DNA of 64,000 bases from Eubacteriales bacterium (GTDB lineage Bacteria; Bacillota; Clostridia; Oscillospirales; CAG-272), in the NCBI GenBank assembly GCA_045612665.1, contig JAZKZO010000003.1:30992-94991 (forward strand), in the 5' to 3' direction. Under the pieces are notes generated by a model, which was given only the letters and a program-made list of their open reading frames with translations, had not been told where the DNA came from and ran no database searches. Positions 18,874 to 26,747 of the stretch are shown piece by piece; within the stretch, counting starts at the first letter, position 1, and each line of letters begins with the position of its first letter. The translations under genes and the position numbers were made by a program.

Positions 18874-20103
18874 ATGAGTTTAAAAATATGTAAAATAAAT
18901 GCAAGAGAAATAATAGATTCAAGAGGAAATCCAACCGTCGAGGCAACAGTGCTTTTAAGCGACGGTGCGAGGGGTGTTGCCTCTGCTCCATCCGGTGCTT
19001 CAACCGGAAAATTCGAGGCACACGAGCTTCGCGACGGGGGCAAGCGATATATGGGTAAGGGTGTGTTGAGAGCGGTCGAAAATGTCAATACCGTTATTGC
19101 ATCAAGCCTTTGCGGATGCGATGCCGACTTCAGAATTGCCGATAATATTATGCGGTCAATAGACGGCACGGATAACAAATCAGCCCTAGGTGCTAACGCG
19201 ACTTTGGCGGTTTCGTTAGCTATTGCAAGGGCTTGCGCAAGCTCCTATAAGCTTCCGCTATACAAGCTTTTAGGCGGATCTTTTGCCAGAAGAATTCCTG
19301 CACCTATGATGAACATTTTAAACGGTGGCGCACACGCGTCAAACAATCTTGACATTCAAGAATTTATGATTGTTCCGATTGGCTTTGAGCATTTCAAGGA
19401 CGCGCTCCGTGCCGGATGCGAAATTTATCATTCGCTAAAAAGAATTTTGTCCTCTCATTCTTATTCTGTGTCAGTTGGTGATGAGGGTGGCTTTGCTCCA
19501 AATCTCTCAAGCGAGGACGAGGCGATTGAATTAATTCTCTCGGCTATAAAAACCTCGGGATACACGACTGACAACGTTAAGATTGCGCTAGATATTGCAT
19601 CGAGCGAGTGGGTTAAAGGAAGCAAGTATTTTTTACCAAAGGCAAAAGTGGAGCTTTCGAGCGATGATTTGATTGAAAAATGGAAAAGGCTCGTTAATAG
19701 CTATCCTATAATTTCAATTGAAGATCCTCTCGGTGAAGAGGACTACTCTGCTTGGCAAAAATGCACCTCGGAAATTGGCAAGGACACGATTTTGGTTGGC
19801 GACGATTTGTTTGTAACTAACGAAAGACGCCTAAAATACGGAATCGAAAACGGTCTTGGGGGCGCTATTCTTGTAAAGCCAAATCAAATAGGGACTTTAA
19901 GTGAAGCAATCGACGTTATAAGGCTCGCCAAGGATAAGGGATATTACACTATAATTTCTCACAGGTCGGGCGAGACAGACGACACATCTATTGCGGACAT
20001 TGGAGTTGGATGCGGAACTGAATTTATAAAGACCGGTGCGCCGTGCCGAATGGAAAGAGTCGCAAAATATAACAGACTCCTTGAAATAGAGGAAGAATTT
20101 TAG
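18874..20103 (+). CDS. eno: enolase (phosphopyruvate hydratase)
   Basis: 409 aa containing SRGNPTVEA, SGASTG, DEGGFAP, IEDP, GDDLFVTN, NQIGT, SHRSGET and KTGAP. It is about 20 aa shorter at the C-terminus than the Bacillus enzyme. Confidence 0.93.
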   Translation: MSLKICKINAREIIDSRGNPTVEATVLLSDGARGVASAPSGASTGKFEAHELRDGGKRYMGKGVLRAVENVNTVIASSLCGCDADFRIADNIMRSIDGTDNKSALGANATLAVSLAIARACASSYKLPLYKLLGGSFARRIPAPMMNILNGGAHASNNLDIQEFMIVPIGFEHFKDALRAGCEIYHSLKRILSSHSYSVSVGDEGGFAPNLSSEDEAIELILSAIKTSGYTTDNVKIALDIASSEWVKGSKYFLPKAKVELSSDDLIEKWKRLVNSYPIISIEDPLGEEDYSAWQKCTSEIGKDTILVGDDLFVTNERRLKYGIENGLGGAILVKPNQIGTLSEAIDVIRLAKDKGYYTIISHRSGETDDTSIADIGVGCGTEFIKTGAPCRMERVAKYNRLLEIEEEF

Positions 20104-20146
20104 GAAAATTCTCAATAAATTTAAGGCAAGAAATTAAATTCTTGCC

Positions 20147-20175
20147 TTGACTTTATTATATAAGTATGTTATACT
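20147..20175 (+). promoter_or_regulatory. sigma-A-type promoter, probably for the SRP RNA precursor
   Basis: TTGACT (20147-20152), a 17-nt spacer and TATACT (20170-20175). It overlaps the 3' arm of the eno terminator hairpin AAGGCAAGAA..TTCTTGCCTT (20123-20148). Confidence 0.6.
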
Positions 20176-20231
20176 ATTAAAGAATTTAGCGCGAGAGCGT
20201 TATTTTTATAAAATTTGCGAAGAAAACAAGT

Positions 20232-20529
20232 TGTGATGTAAGGTCATACTAGCTGGGGCGGTAGCGGTGCCCTGAACCTGAAATCCGCTATATGCAGGGG
20301 TGAACGCTAATCTGAGGACTGTTTTTGTGTGGTCTAGCGCCTTAAAGGGGTGTGTTGACGGATGAGTCTTGCGCAATTTTCGGCTGTGAACCGTGTCAGG
20401 TGGGGGACCAAGCAGCACTAAGCAGTTTTGAAAATGTGCCGTGAGGGCGCTTGTTCTGAGCATCCGTTTCTGGTTTGCGCATGTAAAGGCATTTCGAATT
20501 TTGGATGTATGATCTTACATGACAGCTTG
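20232..20529 (+). ncRNA. ffs: signal recognition particle RNA, long Bacillus/Clostridium type with Alu-like domain
   Basis: Domain IV core GTGTCAGGTGG-GGGA-CCAAGCAGC has a GNRA loop and a compensatory stem swap relative to CAGGUCC-GGAA-GGAAGCAGC. The 5' end TGTGATGTAAGGTCATAC pairs with the 3' end GTATGATCTTACATGACA. It sits directly upstream of dnaX, as in Bacillus. The ends are approximate to within 10 nt. Confidence 0.85.
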
Positions 20530-20558
20530 TTTTTATTTTGAATTAGGGGGTTACTATT

Positions 20559-22112
20559 ATGCATCAGGCTTTATACAGAAAATACCGTCCTGCCGTTTTT
20601 ACTGACGTTTCAGGACAGGAGCACATCACTTCTATACTTAAATATGAAGCACTTCATAATTCCGTATCCCACGCTTACCTTTTTGCAGGCTCGAGAGGTA
20701 CAGGTAAAACAACCTGTGCTAAAATTCTTGCGAAGGTAGTTAACTGTCTTAATCCGATTGATGGCAATCCATGTAACGAGTGCGAAAATTGTCGTTCCAT
20801 TGATAACGGAACTGCAACTGACGTAATCGAAATGGATGCGGCGACAAATACGGGTGTCGATTACATAAGAGATTTAAGAGATAGCGTTGTTTATACTCCC
20901 GCTATGCTTAAAAAGCGTGTTTATATTATAGACGAGGCACATATGCTCTCTGACAGCGCGTTTAATGCTCTTTTAAAGACAATTGAAGAGCCACCGGAGC
21001 ACGTTCTCTATATTTTTGCGACTACCGAGCCACACAAAATCCCGGCGACTATAATTTCAAGATGCCAACGCTTCGATTTTAGAAGAATTACAATGTCCGA
21101 CCTTGCCGCAAGACTTACTTATATTGCCGAAAAGGAAGGAATTGAAATAACAAATGACGGTGCGCAGCTCATTGCAAAGACTGCACAGGGCGGAATGCGT
21201 GATGCTATCAGCCTTATGGAGCTTTGCGCAGGCTCACACCAGCTAATTGACGACCAGCTTGTAAACAATATTTTGGGTACAAGCTCCTATGATAAGATTT
21301 GCAAGGTTGCCCAAAACATTAGAAAGGGCAATTACGGAGAGCTTTTTGAGGTTATAAACGACATTGTTGTTTCATCAAAGGATATTTTGGTCTTTTTCGC
21401 GGATCTTACAGCTTTTTATAGAGATATGATGGTTCAAATTTCGTGCAAAAATGCCGATTATCTTGACCTTGTTTCTCAAGAAAAGGAAATGCTAAAGCAA
21501 ACTGCGGCGCTATTTGATATGCCGACTCTTCTCTATCATTCGAGATTGCTTGACGATGCGTACAACAATATGCTAAGAAATCCTACAAACAAGCGTCTTT
21601 GCGCTGAAATGACACTTATGAAAATGTGTGATTCGAAGCTTTCCGCATCAAACGACGCAATTTTGGCAAGGCTTTCATCTCTTGAGGATAGAGTTACACT
21701 TATGTCTAAGGGCGTTGTTCCCGCAAGCGAAGAGGTAGCTAAAAAGGACTCGGGTGAAGCGATGTCTGCGCAAAAGAAGCCCGCTTTTACCGAAAAAGAG
21801 GAAGCTCCTAGGGCATCTAGCGAGCATTCGCTTGAAAATTGGGACGAGGTTATCTCGAAGGTTGGCGAGTTTGACCACGCAGTTGAAAGCTTTTTGAAAA
21901 ATTGCGAGTGTATTTACTCTGCCAAGGACGACAAATATTATATCATTTCGGGCAACAAGCTTATGGCTACTATGCTTGGAAGCGATAAAAACAAGAAATA
22001 TATTTTTGATTCTATGATTTGTTGCGACGTCGAAATCTCTTCTCCGTCCCAAATCGAGGTTATTTTAAAGACTATCAAGGCTGAAAAATCAGATCTTGAC
22101 GATTTTATATGA
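20559..22112 (+). CDS. dnaX: DNA polymerase III subunits gamma/tau
   Basis: 517 aa with Walker A GSRGTGKTT, a zinc module CNECENC, and DEAHML. Confidence 0.95.
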   Translation: MHQALYRKYRPAVFTDVSGQEHITSILKYEALHNSVSHAYLFAGSRGTGKTTCAKILAKVVNCLNPIDGNPCNECENCRSIDNGTATDVIEMDAATNTGVDYIRDLRDSVVYTPAMLKKRVYIIDEAHMLSDSAFNALLKTIEEPPEHVLYIFATTEPHKIPATIISRCQRFDFRRITMSDLAARLTYIAEKEGIEITNDGAQLIAKTAQGGMRDAISLMELCAGSHQLIDDQLVNNILGTSSYDKICKVAQNIRKGNYGELFEVINDIVVSSKDILVFFADLTAFYRDMMVQISCKNADYLDLVSQEKEMLKQTAALFDMPTLLYHSRLLDDAYNNMLRNPTNKRLCAEMTLMKMCDSKLSASNDAILARLSSLEDRVTLMSKGVVPASEEVAKKDSGEAMSAQKKPAFTEKEEAPRASSEHSLENWDEVISKVGEFDHAVESFLKNCECIYSAKDDKYYIISGNKLMATMLGSDKNKKYIFDSMICCDVEISSPSQIEVILKTIKAEKSDLDDFI

Positions 22113-22128
22113 TAAGGTGGTATAGATT

Positions 22129-22464
22129 ATGAAGGCTATGGTTCCAAAGGGCCCAAGCATGAATGAAATGCTAAGACAGGCTCAAAAAATGCAAGAGGAT
22201 ATGCAAAACAAGCAAGCAGAGCTTGAAGCAAAGGAATATGACGTTTCCGCAGGTGGCGGTGTTATAAAAATCAAAATCAACGGCAAGCGCGAGATTCTTT
22301 CAATCGACCTCGCTCCCGAAATCGTTGATCCCGACGATATCGACACATTGAGCGATATTATCGTTGCAGGAGTTAACGAGGCTATTAAGAAGGTAAATGC
22401 CGATGCTGACCAAGAAATGCAAAAGGTTACAGGTCCTCTCGGTGGCCTTCCGGGTATGTTCTAA
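22129..22464 (+). CDS. ybaB: YbaB/EbfC family nucleoid-associated protein
   Basis: 111 aa with MLRQAQKMQEDMQ, sitting between dnaX and recR in the conserved arrangement. Confidence 0.9.
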   Translation: MKAMVPKGPSMNEMLRQAQKMQEDMQNKQAELEAKEYDVSAGGGVIKIKINGKREILSIDLAPEIVDPDDIDTLSDIIVAGVNEAIKKVNADADQEMQKVTGPLGGLPGMF

Positions 22465-23063
22465 TGGAGCTTTTACTCAAGCCTTTACAGGACCTTGTAG
22501 ACAAGTTTCGTTCGCTTGACGGTGTTGGTAAGAAAAGCGCTGTTAAAATGGCTTTTTCCGTGCTTAATATGAGCGAGGATGATGCAAAGGCGTTTTCCGA
22601 TGCTATTATTGCGGCAAAAACCAAGATTGGCATTTGCAAATGCTGTCAAAACATCTCCGCATCCGAAATATGCACTATTTGCGACTCTAGTGCGCGCGAT
22701 CGCTCGGTTATTTGCGTTGTTGAGGATGCACAGGGCGTTATGGCGCTTGAAAAGGTTAAGGAATTTAACGGTGTTTACCACGTTCTTCACGGTACTATTT
22801 CTCCTATGAAGGGGATCGGTCCTGACCAGCTCAAGATAAAGGAGCTTCTTGCGCGTATAGATAGTGAGGACGTTTCCGAGGTTATTATTGCCACAAATCC
22901 CACGGTTGAGGGTGAGGCTACCGCAATGTATATTTCAAGGCTTTTAAAGCCCTTTGAAATAAAGGTTACAAGAATTGCCAACGGTCTTCCTGTTGGCGCT
23001 GATTTGGAATATGCCGATGAGGTTACTCTCTATCGTGCAATTCAAGGAAGAAGAGATATTTAA
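22464..23063 (+). CDS. recR: recombination protein RecR
   Basis: 199 aa with a helix-hairpin-helix (LDGVGKKSA), a C4 zinc finger (CKCC..C.IC) and a Toprim domain. A TAATG overlap with ybaB. Confidence 0.95.
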   Translation: MELLLKPLQDLVDKFRSLDGVGKKSAVKMAFSVLNMSEDDAKAFSDAIIAAKTKIGICKCCQNISASEICTICDSSARDRSVICVVEDAQGVMALEKVKEFNGVYHVLHGTISPMKGIGPDQLKIKELLARIDSEDVSEVIIATNPTVEGEATAMYISRLLKPFEIKVTRIANGLPVGADLEYADEVTLYRAIQGRRDI

Positions 23064-23081
23064 TTTTTTGTTAGGTAGATA

Positions 23082-24191
23082 ATGAATTACATTTTTTTCG
23101 ACATTGAATGCGCCAACTGCTTTCAGGGTAAGGGAAAAATATGTTCATTTGGATACGTTATCACAAACGAGAGATTTAGAGTTTTAGAAAAACGCGATAT
23201 CGTCATAAATCCACGTTCAAAGTTCCATTTGGCAGGACGAGGAAATCATCCCGGTATCGTTTTAGCCTACGATGAGGCTGAATTTAAGTCTGCTCCGTTG
23301 TTCTCCGCTTATTATGAAGAAATAAGAGAGCTTTTACAGGACGAAAATAATATTGTTTTCGGATTTTCAGTTATGTCCGATGCAGGATTCATTAAAAGTG
23401 AGTGCGAACGATATAAAAAAGAGGTATTTGACTACAATTTTATAGACGTTCAACGAATATACACGGATATGCACTCTCTTACAAATACTCCCGGACTTAT
23501 AAAATGTGCGTCCGAATACGGTGTAAAGGAATCACAGGAGATACATAAAAGTGATGACGATGCCTTCTTTACTATGCGAGTTATGAAGGGCTTATGTAAG
23601 GAATCAAGGCTTTCTCCACTTGAGCTTATTGAAAAGTATCCAAACTGCAAGTGTTGGTGCAAAAACGGAGAGCTTGATAATGAATTTATCAAATTCAAAG
23701 CCATTCAAAAGGCTAACAAGCTCTCAAAAATGGAAAAGCTTACAGGTAGTAAGCGTTCAAACTGGATGTATTCCAGAAGTGAGAATCACAGTGAATTTGT
23801 AAAATATGCGTCAGGCGTGTTTGTGCACTATTCTTCCCCTTCTCCGCTTAGCGGTAAAAGAATTTGCTTTAGCAATCTATATGAGGAATTTCATTTTAGC
23901 GAAATGATGAACATTGTATCAGAGCTTGCAAAGCGCGGTGTAAGATATACTCACAAACCTTATACTTGCGATATATTCGTAACATATTCGCTAAAAAATA
24001 AAAACGACGAGGAATATGAGTGCTTCCGTTTAAATAAGGCGCTAAAATGTGCCGAGAGCGGTGAAAGAAGCATAGAATTCATCTCGATTGACGAGCTAAT
24101 TGAAATGCTCAATTTAAATAAGGACGAAATAGCAACTCTTGACAGGAGCAAGCTTTCTGCTCTTTGGAAAAAGACCCCTGCTAACGTTTAA
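23082..24191 (+). CDS. DEDDh-type 3'-5' exonuclease domain fused to a BRCT-like C-terminal domain
   Basis: The N-terminal region has Exo I (FFDIE), Exo II (FGFSVMSDAGF) and Exo III (HKSDDDAFFT). The C-terminal region GKRICFSNL...ELAKRGVRY...CDIFVTY...IEFISIDELIEML fits the BRCT pattern. Confidence 0.6.
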   Translation: MNYIFFDIECANCFQGKGKICSFGYVITNERFRVLEKRDIVINPRSKFHLAGRGNHPGIVLAYDEAEFKSAPLFSAYYEEIRELLQDENNIVFGFSVMSDAGFIKSECERYKKEVFDYNFIDVQRIYTDMHSLTNTPGLIKCASEYGVKESQEIHKSDDDAFFTMRVMKGLCKESRLSPLELIEKYPNCKCWCKNGELDNEFIKFKAIQKANKLSKMEKLTGSKRSNWMYSRSENHSEFVKYASGVFVHYSSPSPLSGKRICFSNLYEEFHFSEMMNIVSELAKRGVRYTHKPYTCDIFVTYSLKNKNDEEYECFRLNKALKCAESGERSIEFISIDELIEMLNLNKDEIATLDRSKLSALWKKTPANV

Positions 24192-24196
24192 AATCA

Positions 24197-24222
24197 AAAC
24201 CCCCGACAAGAATCGGGGGTTT
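24197..24222. terminator. bidirectional rho-independent terminator
   Basis: Hairpin AAACCCCCGA-CAAGAA-TCGGGGGTTT followed by a T-run, between convergent genes. Confidence 0.8.
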
Positions 24223-24228
24223 GGTTTT

Positions 24229-24915
24229 TTATTTGAAAATTTCTAGATCGGATTTAAGAATTTGCTTTCTTAAAATAGAATAATATTCTTCAAGAGGCGA
24301 GCCGTTTAAAAGCTCGCTATTTTTTCTTATTGTATCAACAAGGAGCTCAGGATTTAAGTTTTTATCTCCGCCTGCGCAAAGCACGGTGCGAATAACAAGC
24401 TCACCGTCCTCGATTTTAGCTGAAAAAGAGCTTATGTATTCCTTAATATTTATCTCCTTTTCGCTTCCCTTTGATTTTTTAATAACAAAGAGGTCATTTG
24501 CGAACATATTTTCGAGCTTTTCGCAAATTCCGTCGCTTATTTTCTTTGAATTTATGCGAATTTCGTAATCAATATAAGCGATTTCTTTAATTTTTGTTTC
24601 GGGGAAATAAACCTCGAGCGCTTCCATTTCCGACGGGAAATTATCGTTTAAGCGACGCTTGATTTCATCACATTCCATAGGGGAATTGATTTTTATATCC
24701 ATAAGCTCGCATTCGCTTTCAACTCCAACAGGAAGCGGACATGCAAAAACGATTCTCGGCTGAGGATTAAAGCCCTCACTATACCAAATATCAATACCCG
24801 ATCTTACCATTATTCTCTGCATTGTACGGGAAAGATCGAGATGAGATATATACATAAGAGAGCCGTACTTTTTGAATTTGATTCTGACCTTTATTGCTTC
24901 ATTTTCGGACACCAT
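24229..24915 (-). CDS. TIGR03936/DUF2344 family radical-SAM-associated protein
   Basis: 228 aa containing KVRIKFKKYGSLMYISHLDLSRTMQRIMVRSGI..YSEGFNPQPRI, typical of DUF2344. It overlaps the upstream radical SAM gene by 25 nt. GGAGGAG RBS. Confidence 0.8.
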   Translation of the reverse strand: MVSENEAIKVRIKFKKYGSLMYISHLDLSRTMQRIMVRSGIDIWYSEGFNPQPRIVFACPLPVGVESECELMDIKINSPMECDEIKRRLNDNFPSEMEALEVYFPETKIKEIAYIDYEIRINSKKISDGICEKLENMFANDLFVIKKSKGSEKEINIKEYISSFSAKIEDGELVIRTVLCAGGDKNLNPELLVDTIRKNSELLNGSPLEEYYSILRKQILKSDLEIFK

Positions 24916-26741
24916 GTCATATCTCCTCCAAGCTTATTTGCTCCGCAGCCCGAGCATTTTTCCTTACAGTTAGGCGTTGTTGCGCTTTCGTAAGCCTTTT
25001 TGCTCTCGCTCATCATAAATTTCTTTGAAACACCGATGTCGATAACATCCCAAGGAAGAATTTCATCATAGCCCATTCTTCTATTTGCATAAAAATCAGG
25101 GTCAATTCCACACTCGTCAAAGACCTGCATCCACTTTTCATAGTCGAAATGCTCATCCCATGCATCAAAGCGCATTCCTTTTTGTTGAGCGCACAAAATT
25201 GCCCTTGAAAGGCGTCTATTACCCTTTGAGAAAACTGCCTCAAGCCTTGAAACCTTAGCCTCGTGCCAGGTATATCTTATCTTACGGTCAGTAATCTTCT
25301 CGGCAAGGAACTGTTGCTTATCGCAAAGCTCCTCAAGAGAATTTTGCGGTTCCCATTGGAACGGTGTATGTGGCTTTGGAACAAAGCAAGAAACGCTAAC
25401 GGTTACAGTAACAGGCTTTTTTGAACGGTTTGGAGTATGATAATACTCGTCGACAACTCTTGATGCAAGAGTCGAAATGCCCTCAATATCCTCGTAGGTT
25501 TCTGTTGGCAAGCCGTTCATAAAGTAAAGCTTAACCTGACTTTTACCGCCTTCAAAGGCAAGCCTTACTGCGTTCATAAGGTCTTTCTCATAAAGATTCT
25601 TGTTTATGGCATCACGAAGGCGCTGTGTGCCTGCCTCAGGGGCAAAGGTGAGTCCCGACTGACGAATCGAGCTTACCTTGTTCATAAGCTCCTTGGTAAA
25701 GCTATCAGCGCGAAGAGACGGAAGCGACAAATTTATCTTGCTTGGATTTGTCCATTCAAGAAGCTTATCGGTTGCCTCGTGCAAGCACGAATAATCGCTA
25801 ATAGAAAGTGAGGTAAGGGATATTTCGTTATATCCCGTATTTTTAAATATTTCGCGCGCCTGACAGTTAAGCACCTCTGCGTTCTTTTCGCGCACAGGAC
25901 GGAACACCATACCCGCCTGACAGAAGCGACAGCCCCTTATACAGCCACGAAACGTTTCGAGCATTATTCTATCGTGTACAACCTCGATAAACGGCATAAT
26001 GGGCTTTGTAGGGAAATAAGAGGTATTAAGGTCCTTGATTATTCTCTTTTCAACTCTTTTTGGCACGTCGTCATATTTTGGCTCAAAGGAGCTGATTGTG
26101 CCATCCTCGTTATATTCCACATTATAAAGGGACGGTACGTAGAAGCCCTTTAAGTGAGATGCCTCTCTTAAAAAGGCTGTTTTTGTATAAGTTCCATTCT
26201 CTTTCATTTGCATATAGAGCTTGGAAAGCTCAACAAGAGCCTCCTCGCCCTCGCCTATGCTGAAAATATCGAAGAAATCAGCAACAGGCTCGGCATTGTA
26301 TGCGCAAGGTCCGCCACCTAAAATTACAGGTGCATCCTCTCCTCTTTCGGCACTTAGCATCGGAATTCCTGCCAAGTCGAGCATATTTATAGCAGTTGTA
26401 TAGCAAAGCTCGTATTGGAGTGAAAATGCTACTATATCGAAATCCTTAACTGCATCCTTGCTCTCGTGAGCGAAAAGAGGGATTTTATGCTCTCGCATTT
26501 GCTCCTCCATATCAGTCCAAGGTGCATATACACGCTCGCACCATATTTCAGGTACTTCGTTAAGCGCTCCATAAAGGAGTCTTACACCTAGATTTGACAT
26601 TCCTATTTCATAGGTATCGGGAAAGCAAAATGCGATTCTGCATTTTATATTCTTTTTATCCTTGATAATTTGTCCGTATTCTCCACCCGTATATCTTCCG
26701 GGCTTTGAAACGGATTTTAAAATTGAGCTTAAATTTTGCAT
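24891..26741 (-). CDS. TIGR03960-family B12-binding-domain radical SAM protein
   Basis: 616 aa with the N-terminus VSKPGRYTGGEYG, the CxxxCxxC cluster CIRGCRFCQAG, and a C-terminal Cys-rich tail. Confidence 0.85.
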   Translation of the reverse strand: MQNLSSILKSVSKPGRYTGGEYGQIIKDKKNIKCRIAFCFPDTYEIGMSNLGVRLLYGALNEVPEIWCERVYAPWTDMEEQMREHKIPLFAHESKDAVKDFDIVAFSLQYELCYTTAINMLDLAGIPMLSAERGEDAPVILGGGPCAYNAEPVADFFDIFSIGEGEEALVELSKLYMQMKENGTYTKTAFLREASHLKGFYVPSLYNVEYNEDGTISSFEPKYDDVPKRVEKRIIKDLNTSYFPTKPIMPFIEVVHDRIMLETFRGCIRGCRFCQAGMVFRPVREKNAEVLNCQAREIFKNTGYNEISLTSLSISDYSCLHEATDKLLEWTNPSKINLSLPSLRADSFTKELMNKVSSIRQSGLTFAPEAGTQRLRDAINKNLYEKDLMNAVRLAFEGGKSQVKLYFMNGLPTETYEDIEGISTLASRVVDEYYHTPNRSKKPVTVTVSVSCFVPKPHTPFQWEPQNSLEELCDKQQFLAEKITDRKIRYTWHEAKVSRLEAVFSKGNRRLSRAILCAQQKGMRFDAWDEHFDYEKWMQVFDECGIDPDFYANRRMGYDEILPWDVIDIGVSKKFMMSESKKAYESATTPNCKEKCSGCGANKLGGDMTWCPKMKQ

Positions 26742-26747
26742 TTTTAA

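Noticed and set aside
18874-20103. Enolase considered as a possible pseudo-enzyme: GGAHAS instead of GGEHAD, and about 20 aa shorter at the C-terminus
   Set aside because: The catalytic His, the metal ligands (ALDIASSEW, IEDP, GDDL) and the lysines (NQIGT region, KTGAP) are all present. Eukaryotic enolases also lack that Glu. It is judged functional.
20206-20463. 85-aa minus-strand ORF
   Set aside because: It lies entirely within the SRP RNA gene. The region is explained by conserved RNA structure.
21738-21747. GCTAAAAAGG in dnaX as a possible gamma/tau programmed frameshift site
   Set aside because: It is not the A-AAA-AAG slippery heptamer, and no nearby stop in the -1 frame or downstream hairpin was seen.
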